DNA of 64,000 bases from contig CAVVLJ010000016.1 in assembly GCA_963749075.1 (NCBI GenBank), positions 608,001 to 672,000 on the forward strand, read 5' to 3'. The notes under the pieces are model-generated. The model was not told where the DNA came from. It saw nothing but the letters and a program-made list of their open reading frames with translations, and made no database searches. Source of the DNA: an uncultured Pseudomonadota bacterium. GTDB taxonomy: Bacteria; Pseudomonadota; Alphaproteobacteria; JACZXZ01. Both the position numbers and the translations under genes were made by a program. Position 1 is the stretch's first letter. Every line of letters starts with the position of its first letter. This document shows, piece after piece, positions 1-9,380 of this stretch.

Positions 1-143
1 TCGAAATAGTCCCGGTTCGCCTTGGTCGCGCGCAACGCCTTCTTCTCCGGCAGGAGGTAGTTGCGCGCGTAGCCCGCCTTGACCTTGACCACGTCGCCGA
101 TCTTTCCCAGCTTCTCGATGCGCTCGAGGAGAATCACGTCCAT
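1..143 (-). CDS. rplI: 50S ribosomal protein L9 (N-terminal part; runs off window edge)
   Basis: Reverse-strand translation from ATG at 143: [32 protein letters not shown], the L9 signature; lies downstream of rpsF-rpsR. Confidence 0.97.
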   Translation of the reverse strand, partial: MDVILLERIEKLGKIGDVVKVKAGYARNYLLPEKKALRATKANRDYF

Positions 144-154
144 GGCACTCGCTC

Positions 155-1114
155 CTAACTTCCCTGCGGCGGCCCGCCGCGACGCGTGAGGCGTTGCCTC
201 AAGCCGGCGGCCTGGTCAATGAATCCGAGCACCGCGATGCCCATGATCGCGAGCCACGACAAGACGACGATGGCGAGCACGAGCGCCACGTAGAAAAGCG
301 TCAGGAGATGCCGGGACGCCCCGCCGCGGCGCGCCAGCGCATGCAGGCAGGCAACGCCGCCGAAGAAATACGGCGTCGCCAGGATAAAGCAGAGATTGCG
401 CCCGGCGAAGCCGATGCTGCCGGGGACGAGGAGGCCGGCCGCGGCCGAGAGCGCCACCGCGGCACCGAGCCAGGCGGGCAGGACCAGCGAAGCGAGCTCG
501 GGGGCGGGGCGAAAGTTCCAGCGGAAGCGCTCCAGGAGACTCTGCGCGAGCGAGGCATTGCCGGCCGTGACGAGAAGCCAGGTGCTGGCCGCAAGGCCCG
601 GCATGATGTCGACGAATGCGTTGATCAGGCGCTCCGCCTCGGGCGAGAGCTGGACGCCGACATCCCGGAAGAGGGCAGCCACGGCGCGCTCGAGCTCGCT
701 CTCGAGCCCGCCCGCGAAGGCCGTGAAATAGAGCATCGCCGCGAGCAGTACAGCACCGGCGTAAAGGCTCAGCCAGACGAGGAGCCGGCCGATCGGATAC
801 CACTCGACCTGCCCGTCCCCATGGCTGCGGTGCAAGGTTCCCTGGCGCGCGAGGAAGAAGGCCGGCACCGCCTCGGTGACCGCGTAATTGCCCGCCGCCC
901 AGGGACCTGCCGCGAGACCTACCGCCAGCGTGCCGATGCCCCCCGCAAGCGCCGCCCCGGTCCAACCCTGCTGGCGGCTCAGGCCGACGAGGAGGAGCGG
1001 CAGCGGCACGAGCAGCACGAAGGCCAGCACGCCGGGCAGTGCTGCCAGGGTCGCAATGTAGAGCAGCGCGCTCGAGGCGCCGCCCGCCGCGGCAAGGAGT
1101 GCGAGTGCCGGCAT
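155..1114 (-). CDS. DUF2232/YybS-family integral membrane protein
   Basis: 319 aa with many hydrophobic segments and a WYPIGRLL motif; sits between rpsR and rplI, the usual position for this family. Confidence 0.8.
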   Translation of the reverse strand: MPALALLAAAGGASSALLYIATLAALPGVLAFVLLVPLPLLLVGLSRQQGWTGAALAGGIGTLAVGLAAGPWAAGNYAVTEAVPAFFLARQGTLHRSHGDGQVEWYPIGRLLVWLSLYAGAVLLAAMLYFTAFAGGLESELERAVAALFRDVGVQLSPEAERLINAFVDIMPGLAASTWLLVTAGNASLAQSLLERFRWNFRPAPELASLVLPAWLGAAVALSAAAGLLVPGSIGFAGRNLCFILATPYFFGGVACLHALARRGGASRHLLTLFYVALVLAIVVLSWLAIMGIAVLGFIDQAAGLRQRLTRRGGPPQGS

Positions 1115-1138
1115 TCATCCTGTGCCCGTCCGGCACCC

Positions 1139-1384
1139 CTACTGGATCAGGTAGGGGAGAAGGGCGAGGAAGCGCGCGCGCTTGATCGCCTGGGCGAGCT
1201 CGCGCTGCTTCTTCGTGGACACCGCCGTGATGCGGCTGGGCACGATCTTGCCGCGCTCGGAGACGAAGCGCTGCAGCAGCTTCACGTCCTTGTAGTCGAT
1301 CTTCGGCGCGTGCGGTCCCGAGAAGGGACAGCTCTTGCGCCGGCGGAAGAAGGGACGGCGCGGGCCGCCGCCGCCGGGGGTCAT
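1139..1384 (-). CDS. rpsR: 30S ribosomal protein S18
   Basis: [13 protein letters not shown]...[27 protein letters not shown]...[13 protein letters not shown]. Confidence 0.99.
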   Translation of the reverse strand: MTPGGGGPRRPFFRRRKSCPFSGPHAPKIDYKDVKLLQRFVSERGKIVPSRITAVSTKKQRELAQAIKRARFLALLPYLIQ

Positions 1385-1872
1385 GACGCGCCTCCCTCGG
1401 GCGCCGGCTCAGGCGGCGCGCTTGGCGCCTCGGGGCGCGGCCGCCGTCCGCCGCCGCCGCCGCCGCCGAAGCGCCGGCCGTCGTCGTCGCGGAAGCGCCG
1501 GCCGCCGTCGTCGTCGCGGAAGCGCCCGCCGCCCTCGCGGCCTTCGCGGCCCTTGCTCTGCATGACGGCCGAGGGACCCTCCTCGAGCGCCTCCACGCGC
1601 ACCGTGAGGATGCGGATGATGTCCTCGTTGATGCGCATGTTGCGCTCCATCTCCTTGACCGCGGCCGCCGGCGCGTCGAGGTTGAAGAGCACGTAGTGGC
1701 CCTTGCGATTCTTCTTGATGCGGAAGGCGAGGTTGCGCAGGCCCCAATACTCTTTCTTGGCGACCTTGCCGCCTTGCTCCTGGATGATCTTGGTGAAGTT
1801 GTCCGCCAGGCCGTCGACCTGGGCGGCGGACACGTCCTGGCGCGCGATGAACACGCTCTCGTAATAGGCCAA
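1381..1872 (-). CDS. rpsF: 30S ribosomal protein S6 with low-complexity C-terminal tail (TTG start)
   Basis: [10 protein letters not shown]...[20 protein letters not shown]; AAGGAG SD upstream of TTG. Confidence 0.98.
   Translation of the reverse strand: MAYYESVFIARQDVSAAQVDGLADNFTKIIQEQGGKVAKKEYWGLRNLAFRIKKNRKGHYVLFNLDAPAAAVKEMERNMRINEDIIRILTVRVEALEEGPSAVMQSKGREGREGGGRFRDDDGGRRFRDDDGRRFGGGGGGGRRPRPEAPSAPPEPAPEGGAS
1468..1526 (-). repeat. Short in-frame repeat in the rpsF tail ([16 protein letters not shown] x2 plus a partial copy)
   Basis: gccgtcgtcgtcgcggaagcgcc occurs at 1477-1499 and 1504-1526. Confidence 0.85.
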
Positions 1873-1877
1873 ATTTT

Positions 1878-1968
1878 GACTCCTTCTGGCTCATTCGCGG
1901 CCCGGCGCTGGATCGTGCATTCGGCTCGATCAGCCGCCCGGGCCTAGCCGGCGGTGCCGGCAAGGAGC
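1878..1968 (-). promoter_or_regulatory. Candidate S6:S18 ribosomal leader (autoregulatory cis RNA)
   Basis: The mRNA reads GCUCCUUGCC...GAGCCAGAAGGAG-N7-UUG: an anti-SD CUCCUU can pair with the SD AAGGAG, with a CCR just before the SD, as in the described S6:S18 motif. Confidence 0.65.
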
Positions 1969-1981
1969 GACGAAGGCGCGC

Positions 1982-2009
1982 ATATTACACAAAAGCGCCG
2001 GTGGCGCAA
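1982..2009 (-). promoter_or_regulatory. Putative sigma70 promoter of the rpsF operon
   Basis: Minus strand TTGCGC-N16-TAATAT just upstream of the leader. Confidence 0.45.
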
Positions 2010-2059
2010 GCGCCGGTCGTGGCGGGCCGCGCCGGGGAGTCGGTCCCCCACCGCGCGTC

Positions 2060-3056
2060 TCAGGCGCGGCTGGCCAGTCCGTAGAGGAAGCTCAGCACCA
2101 GCGAAGCGCCGGCGCGGCCGGTCATGTCGTCGCGGTCGAAGGGCGGCGAGATCTCCACCACGTCCAGTCCCACGACCTTGGGATGTGCGGCAATGCTGCG
2201 CAGCGCCTCCTGCACATCGCGCAGATCGAGGCCGAAGGGATTGGGTGCCGCCGTGCCCGGCGCCTGGGCCTGGTCGATGCAGTCGATGTCGACCGAGACG
2301 TAGATCGCCTCGCTGCCGTCGCCGGCGATCGCCAGCCCGCTTGCCACGGCCTCCCGCATGCCGCCCTCGCGCAAGCCCCGCCCGGGGATGACGGTGACGC
2401 CCTTGGCGCGGGCATAGCCGGCAAGCTTGGGCGAGTTGCTGAATTCCGCCATGCCGATCTGCACCAGGTTGCGCCCTTGCACGGCAGCGGGCAGCAGCTC
2501 CAGCGCCTTGCGGAACGGCACGCCGCTCGAACTCGGCACCAAGATGCGCTGCGCGCAGATCGTGATGGGCATCGAAATGGATGATGCCGAGCCGCTTGCC
2601 CTCGCCCAGTGCGCGCACCACGCCCCTGAGGCAGGGATAGGCGATGGAATGGTCGCCGCCGATCGACAGCGGGACGATGCCGCGCGCCACCAGTGCTGCG
2701 ATGACGGCGCTCACCCGGTCGAACGTGCCCTGCATGTCGGTGACGTTGACCAGCACGTCGCCGATATCGGCGGCGCGGAAGGCGTCCATGTCGCGCCCGT
2801 CGCTGCTGCTGAACGTCGTGTACCACATCATGGCGCGGCGAACCGCATCCGGCCCGCCGCGCGAGCCGCTGCGAACGACCGAGGCGCCGTCGAAGGGAAT
2901 TCCCAGGAGCGCCGCCTTGAGCCCCTCGAGCGCGCCGTTCCATTCGAGCCAGCCGCCGGCACGCCGCTCGTCGGCGTCGCCCTTCATGGTGTTCACCACG
3001 GTTCCGGGCGCCACCAGGCCCAAGCGCTCCAGCTCCGAGACTGCCGCGGCATCCAT
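2060..3056 (-). CDS. Ureohydrolase (agmatinase/guanidinobutyrase/formimidoylglutamase family); +1 frameshift at ~2530
   Basis: GIPFD, GSRGGPDAVR, GGDHS and DAHHD in ORF 1944..3155; SSGVPF, SVDIDCID, APGT and DVVEISP in ORF 2060..2572; removing one base at 2530/2531 joins them. Confidence 0.88.
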
Positions 3057-3169
3057 GCTGCGTTCCCTCCGCTGCCACTCCTTTGCCGCCTGACGACGCG
3101 GCGGCAGACCGGCGGCGCGACTGCGCTTGACTTCGGAAGAGATCGCAGCAAGCATCGGGTGTCAACAGA

Positions 3170-3188
3170 AGTTTCCCATAAGGAACCT
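3170..3188. promoter_or_regulatory. Imperfect palindrome in a divergent promoter region; candidate operator of the XRE-cupin regulator
   Basis: AGTTTCC-CATAA-GGAACCT (one mismatch); TTGACT on + at ~3127 and TTGACA on - at ~3165 are -35-like boxes. Confidence 0.4.
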
Positions 3189-3237
3189 GCGGGCCGGCGC
3201 ATGGCGGGCGGCCCCGGGAGCATGAGGGAGAGGCGAG

Positions 3238-4662
3238 ATGGCTTGGAAGACGCCAGCCGCCGCGTGCGCCGTGACGGGCGGCATCGCCCAGCCGCCGGCC
3301 GCGGCGTTGGCGCATTTCTATGCCGGACTGCGGGCCGGGGATCTGCCGGAGGTCACGGTACATGCCGTGCGCCGCCATCTGCTCGACACGCTGGGCGCCG
3401 CACTCGCAGGTGCGGCGCAGCCCGAGCCGCGCGCGGTGCTGGGAGCGGGCGAGGCGCTCTACGGCGGGCACGGTGCGGCACCCGTCTGGGGCACCGCGCG
3501 CCGCGTGCCGCCGGGGCTCGCCGCACTGGTGAACGGCACCGCCGCCCATGCGCTGGAACTGGACGATGCCAGCGGCTGCGACCATTCCGGTGCCGTGGTG
3601 GTGCCCGCCGTGCTGGCGGGGCTCACGGCTGCGCCGGGCGCCGGAGCGGGCGATCTCATCGCGGCCATCGTCGCCGGCTACGATCTCGGCCGCCGCGTCT
3701 TGGAGGCGGCGGGCGGCTATGACGCGCACAACGGCGCCGGCTGGCATTCCACCGGGACCTGCGGCGTGTTCGGCGCCGCCATCGCCGTGGCGCGGCTGTG
3801 GCGCCTGCCGGCCGATGTCGCGACAGAGGCGCTCGGCATCGCCGGCTCGTTCGCCTCGGGCAACTGGTCCTTCCTCTCGGACGGAGCGATGACCAAGCGG
3901 CTGCATCCGGGCCATGCCGCTCAGGCCGGGCTGATGGCAGCGGCACTTGCGCGGCAGGGCATGAGTGGCCCCGCCCATGTCTTCGATGCGCCCTGGGGCG
4001 GTTTCCTCGCGGCCTATGCGCGGGAGGCGGCCGAGCCCGAGGCTCTGACGCTGGATCTGGGCGGCTCCTGGCGCATCCAGCGCTCCTCGGTCAAGCCTTA
4101 CGCCTCCTGCCGCGGCACCCATGCGGCGATCGAGGCGGCGCTGGCGCTGCGCCAGGAGATGCCCGCCTCGGCGGTGGCGCGCATCGAGGTCGGCGTGCAT
4201 CCCACCGTCGCGAAGATGTGCGGCGGGACATCGGTGGCCTCGCTGGTCGATGCGCAGATGAGCCTCCCCTATGCCGTCGCCGTCGCCTGGTTGCATGGCG
4301 ATGCCGGCCTGCCGAGCTTCGCCGATGGGGTGCGCTGCAGCCCGGAGGTCGCGGAATGGCTGCCGCGCGTCCGCGTGGTGCACGACCCGGCCGTGGACAG
4401 CATCGTCGCCGCGCGGCTGACCGCGACGCCGCAGAAAGGCGCGCCGCGGACGCTGCGCATCGACGTGCCCGCCGGCTCCTGGAACCGCCCGCTGCCGGAT
4501 GCGGCACTGGTGGCGAAGTATCGCGGGCTCGCGGCGCCGGCGCTGGGTCCGGTGCGGGCGGCGGCGGTGGAAGCGCTGGTGCTCGCCCTCGGCCGGGGCT
4601 CGGAGGCTGCGGCGCTTCCGGATCTTCTCTCCATCGGCGAAACGCGAGGACAAGCGGCATGA
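3238..4662 (+). CDS. MmgE/PrpD family protein (IDS-epimerase/2-methylcitrate dehydratase-like)
   Basis: AALVNGTAAHALELDD, GWHSTGTCG, TKRLHPG, KPYASCRGTH and AQMSLPYAVA motifs. Confidence 0.92.
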   Translation: MAWKTPAAACAVTGGIAQPPAAALAHFYAGLRAGDLPEVTVHAVRRHLLDTLGAALAGAAQPEPRAVLGAGEALYGGHGAAPVWGTARRVPPGLAALVNGTAAHALELDDASGCDHSGAVVVPAVLAGLTAAPGAGAGDLIAAIVAGYDLGRRVLEAAGGYDAHNGAGWHSTGTCGVFGAAIAVARLWRLPADVATEALGIAGSFASGNWSFLSDGAMTKRLHPGHAAQAGLMAAALARQGMSGPAHVFDAPWGGFLAAYAREAAEPEALTLDLGGSWRIQRSSVKPYASCRGTHAAIEAALALRQEMPASAVARIEVGVHPTVAKMCGGTSVASLVDAQMSLPYAVAVAWLHGDAGLPSFADGVRCSPEVAEWLPRVRVVHDPAVDSIVAARLTATPQKGAPRTLRIDVPAGSWNRPLPDAALVAKYRGLAAPALGPVRAAAVEALVLALGRGSEAAALPDLLSIGETRGQAA

Positions 4663-6161
4663 GCCTCCGGCCCGACTACCGCGGCTTCCGCGCCGCCGGT
4701 GCCCGCCTCACGGAGGAGCCGCTGGCGCATCTGGACTTCCACCGCTCCGGCCTGCTCGGCGAATCGATCCACGGCATCCACGCCTTCGACAAGGCGCATT
4801 GCGTCATGCTGACCGAGACCGGCATCGTGGAGCGCGAGACCGGCAAGGCCATGCTCGCCGCCTTCCGCGCCATGGAGGCGGAGGGCATGGAGCAGGCCCG
4901 CACCGAGGCCGACGGCGGCATGCATTCGGGCGAGCATTACCTGATCCGCAAGCTGGGCGAGGCGGTCGGCGGCCGGCTGCACCTCGGCCGCAGCTCGGGC
5001 GACCTCATCGAGGTGGCGCGCCGCCTTACCTTCAAGCGCCACGTGCACCGCATCCTCGCGGCACTGCTGGCCTTGCGCGGCACGCTCCTGGCGCTCGCCG
5101 AGGAGCATCTCGACACCGTGATGCCCGGCTATACCCATGGCCAGCACGCCCAGCCCACCACCTTTGCCCATTGGGTGACGATGTTCGAGCTCGGCTTCGC
5201 CCGCGACGGCGCGCGGCTGCTCTCCTTCCACGACAGGCTGAACCGCTCCCCGGCCGGGGCGGCGATCATGACCGGCAGTGACTTCCCGCTCGACCGCGCG
5301 CGCACCGCATCGCTGCTCGGCTTCGAAGATCCGCTGCCGCACGCCATGGACGCCATCCTGAGCCATGACCTGGAGATGGAATACGCCGGCGTGCTGGCGG
5401 TGCTGGCGCAGACGCTTGCGCGGATCGCCGACGATCTCTTCCTGTGGTCCACCACCGAATTCGCGATGGTGGAGCTGCCCGACCGCTACTGCGGCACCAG
5501 CAGCATCATGCCGCAGAAAAAGAACCCGGACGGGCTCGAGGACATGAAGGGCCTCGCCGCCCAGTCGCTCGGCGTCCTGGTCACCGTCTTCGCGGCGGAA
5601 AAGGGGCCGACGGGCTTCCCCATCATGGAGCGGCGCAACAGCCAGTCGGTGCTGTGGGATCTCGGCCGCGGCCTGGCGGTACGGCTGGAGACCATGGCGC
5701 CGCTGTTGCGCGAGCTTCAGGTGCGCAAGGCGCGGATGCTTGAACTGGCCGGCGCCAACTGGGCGCAGTCGACCGATCTGGCAGCCGCCCTGGTGCGTGC
5801 GGCGGGCATGGACTGGCGCAGCGCGCATCAGCTCGTCGGCGTCTTCGTGCGCGAATGCCTGGCCGGCGGCATAGCACCCATGGCGGCGCGGCCGGCGCAT
5901 CTCGACCGCGCGGCGCGGGGCATGGGCGTGGCGGCGCCGGGCCTCGGCGATGCGGCGTTCGACACGGCGATGGACCCGGCCGGCTTCGTGCGCCGCCGCA
6001 CGCTGTTGGGCGGCCCGGCGCCGCAGGCGGTCACGCGCGAGATCGCCTCGGCGCGCGCCATCCTGGCCGCCGACGCCGATTGCCTCGCCACCAAGGAGAA
6101 ACAGGCGGCGGACGCCTCGGTCCGCCTCGAGGACGCCGTCACGGCTATACTGGAGGGCTAG
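4659..6161 (+). CDS. Argininosuccinate lyase-like C-N lyase (aspartase/fumarase superfamily)
   Basis: LHLGRSSGD, MPGYTHGQHAQP and the signature GTSSIMPQKKNP; ATGA overlap with the upstream gene. Confidence 0.9.
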   Translation: MSLRPDYRGFRAAGARLTEEPLAHLDFHRSGLLGESIHGIHAFDKAHCVMLTETGIVERETGKAMLAAFRAMEAEGMEQARTEADGGMHSGEHYLIRKLGEAVGGRLHLGRSSGDLIEVARRLTFKRHVHRILAALLALRGTLLALAEEHLDTVMPGYTHGQHAQPTTFAHWVTMFELGFARDGARLLSFHDRLNRSPAGAAIMTGSDFPLDRARTASLLGFEDPLPHAMDAILSHDLEMEYAGVLAVLAQTLARIADDLFLWSTTEFAMVELPDRYCGTSSIMPQKKNPDGLEDMKGLAAQSLGVLVTVFAAEKGPTGFPIMERRNSQSVLWDLGRGLAVRLETMAPLLRELQVRKARMLELAGANWAQSTDLAAALVRAAGMDWRSAHQLVGVFVRECLAGGIAPMAARPAHLDRAARGMGVAAPGLGDAAFDTAMDPAGFVRRRTLLGGPAPQAVTREIASARAILAADADCLATKEKQAADASVRLEDAVTAILEG

Positions 6162-6163
6162 TC

Positions 6164-6814
6164 ATGGCGAACCAGGCGAAGGCGGGGAAGGTCCGCGCAG
6201 TGGCCGGCAAGGAAGGGGCCCGCCACGGCGCCGTGGCGGAGCAGCGCAACGTCACCTACCCGGTGCGCGACGAGAAGGTGCGGGTCGGTGCCAAGCTGCG
6301 CGCGCTGCGACAGTCCCGCGGCTTGTCGATCGAGCAGGTCGCCCAGGCCGTCGGCGTGAACAAATCCTTCATCAGCAAGCTGGAGCACGATGCCGTCGCA
6401 CCCTCGATCGCGACGCTGCTGCGCTATTGCGACGCGGTCGGCATCCGGCCGGGCACGCTGTTCGACCCGCCGCCCACCAAGCTGGTGCGCAAGGGCGAGG
6501 GCCGGCCGATCGATCTCGGCGGCCAGCGCATGCGGGAATTCCTGGTCTCGGGCGAGGGGCAGGACGACCTCATGGTGCTGCTCTCGGAGATCGAGGCCGG
6601 CGGCGGCTCGGGCGACGAGCCGTACACGCTGCGCTCCGCCGCCGACTTGGTGCATGTGCTGGAAGGGCTGCTGGAGATGGTGGTGGATGGCGTCTCCTAC
6701 GTCCTCGGAGCGGGCGACACGCTGACTTTTCCGCCCACCCTGCCGCACAGCTGGCGCAATCCGTCGCGCAGCGCGCGGACGCGCGCCATCTGGGTCATCG
6801 TGCCGCCGCCATGA
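6164..6814 (+). CDS. XRE-family HTH + cupin transcriptional regulator
   Basis: VGAKLRALRQSRGLSIEQVAQAVGVNKSFISKLE; C-terminal cupin GDTLTFPPTLPHSWRN. Confidence 0.92.
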   Translation: MANQAKAGKVRAVAGKEGARHGAVAEQRNVTYPVRDEKVRVGAKLRALRQSRGLSIEQVAQAVGVNKSFISKLEHDAVAPSIATLLRYCDAVGIRPGTLFDPPPTKLVRKGEGRPIDLGGQRMREFLVSGEGQDDLMVLLSEIEAGGGSGDEPYTLRSAADLVHVLEGLLEMVVDGVSYVLGAGDTLTFPPTLPHSWRNPSRSARTRAIWVIVPPP

Positions 6815-7010
6815 CCGCCAGCGCCGCGCCGCCGCTCACCCTGCTGCGCGCCGGCGCCGTCTTCGCGCCGCGCACGCCTGCCCAAGGCCGCCTAGCAGGC
6901 CGCGGTCCAATTCTGCCCGCTATGCCGCGGCGGCGCCCGATGCTATGACTGGCTCTGCCGCTCAAGCGCCGAGATCGCCTCGTCAGGGCATGCCGCTTCG
7001 GGGAAAAGCC

Positions 7011-7574
7011 ATGATCAGACTCGTCCTCGCGTTCATCTGCGCCGCGCTTCTCTTCGGCTCGGCCGAGGCCCAGGACATCGCGGGCCAGGCCAAGGAGGCC
7101 GAGGCGCTTGCCGGCCAGGGCAAGTTCGCCGAGGCGATCGAGGCACTCGACGTTGCCGTCGGTGCGCTGTGGGACAAGGCGCCGCTCACGGTGCGCCGTG
7201 CCCTGTGGGTCGCCGATGAGCCCCAAGGCTTCGGAGCCTACACGCCGCGCCTCAACAACCACTATGCGGCGGGCGCCAAGATGATCGTCTATTCCGAGCC
7301 GATCGGCTTCGGCTGGCGCAAGGCCGGCGATTTCTGGAAGACGGACATCGCCGTCGACATGGCGGTCAAGACGCCGGACGGCAAGGAGCTCTTCCGCAAG
7401 GACGGCTTCTCCAAGTTCGAGGTCACCAGCCGCGCGCGCAATCGGGAGTTCTACGCCCGGCTTACCTACACGCTGTCAGGTATTCCGGCCGGCGAGTACG
7501 TGATCGATACCACGATGCACGATGCCGTGAGCGGCAAGAGCGGCACCTTTTCCCTGCCCTTCGTGGTGGAATAG
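7011..7574 (+). CDS. Exported hypothetical protein
   Basis: Signal peptide MIRLVLAFICAALLFGSAEA; beta-rich mature part; coding-like codon usage. Confidence 0.75.
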   Translation: MIRLVLAFICAALLFGSAEAQDIAGQAKEAEALAGQGKFAEAIEALDVAVGALWDKAPLTVRRALWVADEPQGFGAYTPRLNNHYAAGAKMIVYSEPIGFGWRKAGDFWKTDIAVDMAVKTPDGKELFRKDGFSKFEVTSRARNREFYARLTYTLSGIPAGEYVIDTTMHDAVSGKSGTFSLPFVVE

Positions 7575-7620
7575 GCGGCGGCGCGCGCCGGCGGACTGCC
7601 AGGGGCGAGGGGAGCACGGG

Positions 7621-8592
7621 ATGAGCGTCATCCTGGGGAGCGGCGACTTCACCTATCGCGTGGTGGAGCAATGGGCGAGGCTGCCCGAGGGCTGGCGCTT
7701 CGGCGACGTGGCGGGCGTCGGCGTCGACCGCCGCGACCGCGTCTACGTTTTCAACCGCGGCCCCCATCCGATGGCGGTGTTCGACCGCGAGGGGAACTTC
7801 CTCGGCTCGTGGGGCGAGGGTCTCTTCCGCCACGCCCACGGGGTCCATATGGGCCCGGACGATACGATCTATCTGACCGACGACGGCGACCACACGGTGC
7901 GCAAATGCACGCTCGAGGGGAAGGTGCTGCTCGCGATCGGCATCCCCGGGCGGCCGGCACCCTATGCGAGCGGCCAGCCCTTCAACCGTTGCACCCATAC
8001 GGCACTCTCGCCCCAGCTCGAGATCTACGTCTCGGACGGTTACGGCAATGCCCGCGTCCATAAATACGCGCCCGACGGCAAGCGGCTCCTCTCCTGGGGC
8101 GAGTCCGGCGCCGATCCCGGCCAGTTCAACCTCCCGCACAACATCTGCTGCGACGCGGACGGCTGGGTCTATGTGGCGGACCGCGAGAACCACCGGATAC
8201 AGGTCTTCGACGGCCAGGGCCGCTACGAGACCCAGTGGAACAACATGCACCGGCCGAGCGGGCTCTATATGATGCCGGGTAAGTGCCCGATCTGCTTCGT
8301 GGGCGAGATCGGACCCTACCTCGAGTTCAACCGCGCCATGCCCAACCTCGGCCCGCGCATCAGCATCCTCTCCCACGAGGGGAAGCTCCTCTCGCGGCTG
8401 CAAGGCACGCCGCCCGCGGGCACGGCGCCCGGGCAATTCCTCTCGCCCCACGGGATTGCCGTCGATTCCCGGGGCGATCTCTACGTGGGCGAGGTCGCGG
8501 TGACCGCTTGGCCCCAGATCTTTCCCGACACGCCCATGCCCGACCCGTTGCGCAGCCTGCAGAAATTCACCAGGATAGCGCCCGCCCATTGA
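7621..8592 (+). CDS. NHL-repeat beta-propeller (peptidyl-alpha-hydroxyglycine lyase-like)
   Basis: YVSDGYGNARVHKY, PGQFNLPH, YVADRENHRIQVFD, FLSPHGIAVDSRGDLYVGEV. Confidence 0.9.
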   Translation: MSVILGSGDFTYRVVEQWARLPEGWRFGDVAGVGVDRRDRVYVFNRGPHPMAVFDREGNFLGSWGEGLFRHAHGVHMGPDDTIYLTDDGDHTVRKCTLEGKVLLAIGIPGRPAPYASGQPFNRCTHTALSPQLEIYVSDGYGNARVHKYAPDGKRLLSWGESGADPGQFNLPHNICCDADGWVYVADRENHRIQVFDGQGRYETQWNNMHRPSGLYMMPGKCPICFVGEIGPYLEFNRAMPNLGPRISILSHEGKLLSRLQGTPPAGTAPGQFLSPHGIAVDSRGDLYVGEVAVTAWPQIFPDTPMPDPLRSLQKFTRIAPAH

Positions 8593-8641
8593 GCCGTGCC
8601 GTCCGCGCGGCCCTTCCGCTCCCGCCAGAGGATGCCCAGCC

Positions 8642-9373
8642 ATGATCGAGCAGGATGTCGTCGTCACCACCAAGCACGGCAACATGCCGAGCTTCGCCGT
8701 CTCTCCGGAGGGTCCGGGGGATTATCCGCCGATCATCCTCTATATGGACGCGCCCGGCATTCGCGAGGAGCTGCGCAATCTCGCGCGGCGCTACGCCAAG
8801 GCTGGGTATTTCTGCATCCTGCCGGACATGTATTATCGCCTCGGCACGGTCCGCTTCGACATCCCGCGGCGCGACGACCCGATGTCGGGGGTGATCCGCG
8901 CGGCCATGAACCACCTCTCGAACGCGCGCGTCGTCGACGATACCGCGGGACTGCTCGGCTTCCTCGATGCGCAGGAGCGCGTGCGGCCGGGTGCCGTCGG
9001 CTGCGTCGGCTACTGCATGAGCGGCTGCTACATCACGACCGTGGCAGCGTGTTTCCCCCATCGCATCGCGGCCGCGGCGTCGCTCTACGGCGTCAACATC
9101 GTGACCGACAAGGAGGACTCGCCCCATCTCATCGTGGGCGACATCAAGGGCGAGCTCTACTACAGCTTCGCCGAGACCGACCCCTCGGTGCCGGACAACG
9201 TCATTCCCACGCTCAAGGCGGCACTCGACAAGGCAAAGACGAAATACGCGCTTGAGATCATGCCCGGCACCCACCACGGCTTCTGCTTTCCCGAGCGCCA
9301 GGCCTACCACGCGCTCGCCGCGGAAGCGGCCTGGAGCAAGATTGCCGCCCTCTGGCAGCGCGCGCTCGGATAG
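8642..9373 (+). CDS. Dienelactone hydrolase family protein
   Basis: MDAPGIREEL, GYCMSG (Cys nucleophile), HGF. Confidence 0.92.
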   Translation: MIEQDVVVTTKHGNMPSFAVSPEGPGDYPPIILYMDAPGIREELRNLARRYAKAGYFCILPDMYYRLGTVRFDIPRRDDPMSGVIRAAMNHLSNARVVDDTAGLLGFLDAQERVRPGAVGCVGYCMSGCYITTVAACFPHRIAAAASLYGVNIVTDKEDSPHLIVGDIKGELYYSFAETDPSVPDNVIPTLKAALDKAKTKYALEIMPGTHHGFCFPERQAYHALAAEAAWSKIAALWQRALG

Positions 9374-9380
9374 AAGCACC

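Noticed and set aside
1441-1530. GCC/GTC repeats as a possible CRISPR or VNTR
   Set aside because: In-frame low-complexity tail of S6 (poly-Gly, RFRDDDG); no repeat-spacer structure
3798-4658. Long N-terminal extension of the ASL-like ORF (787 aa)
   Set aside because: An alternative frame over the MmgE/PrpD gene; the ATGA-coupled start at 4659 gives a normal-size lyase
4659-6161. Gene symbol argH
   Set aside because: Divergent N-terminus, RSSGD motif and catabolic context suggest a paralogous C-N lyase
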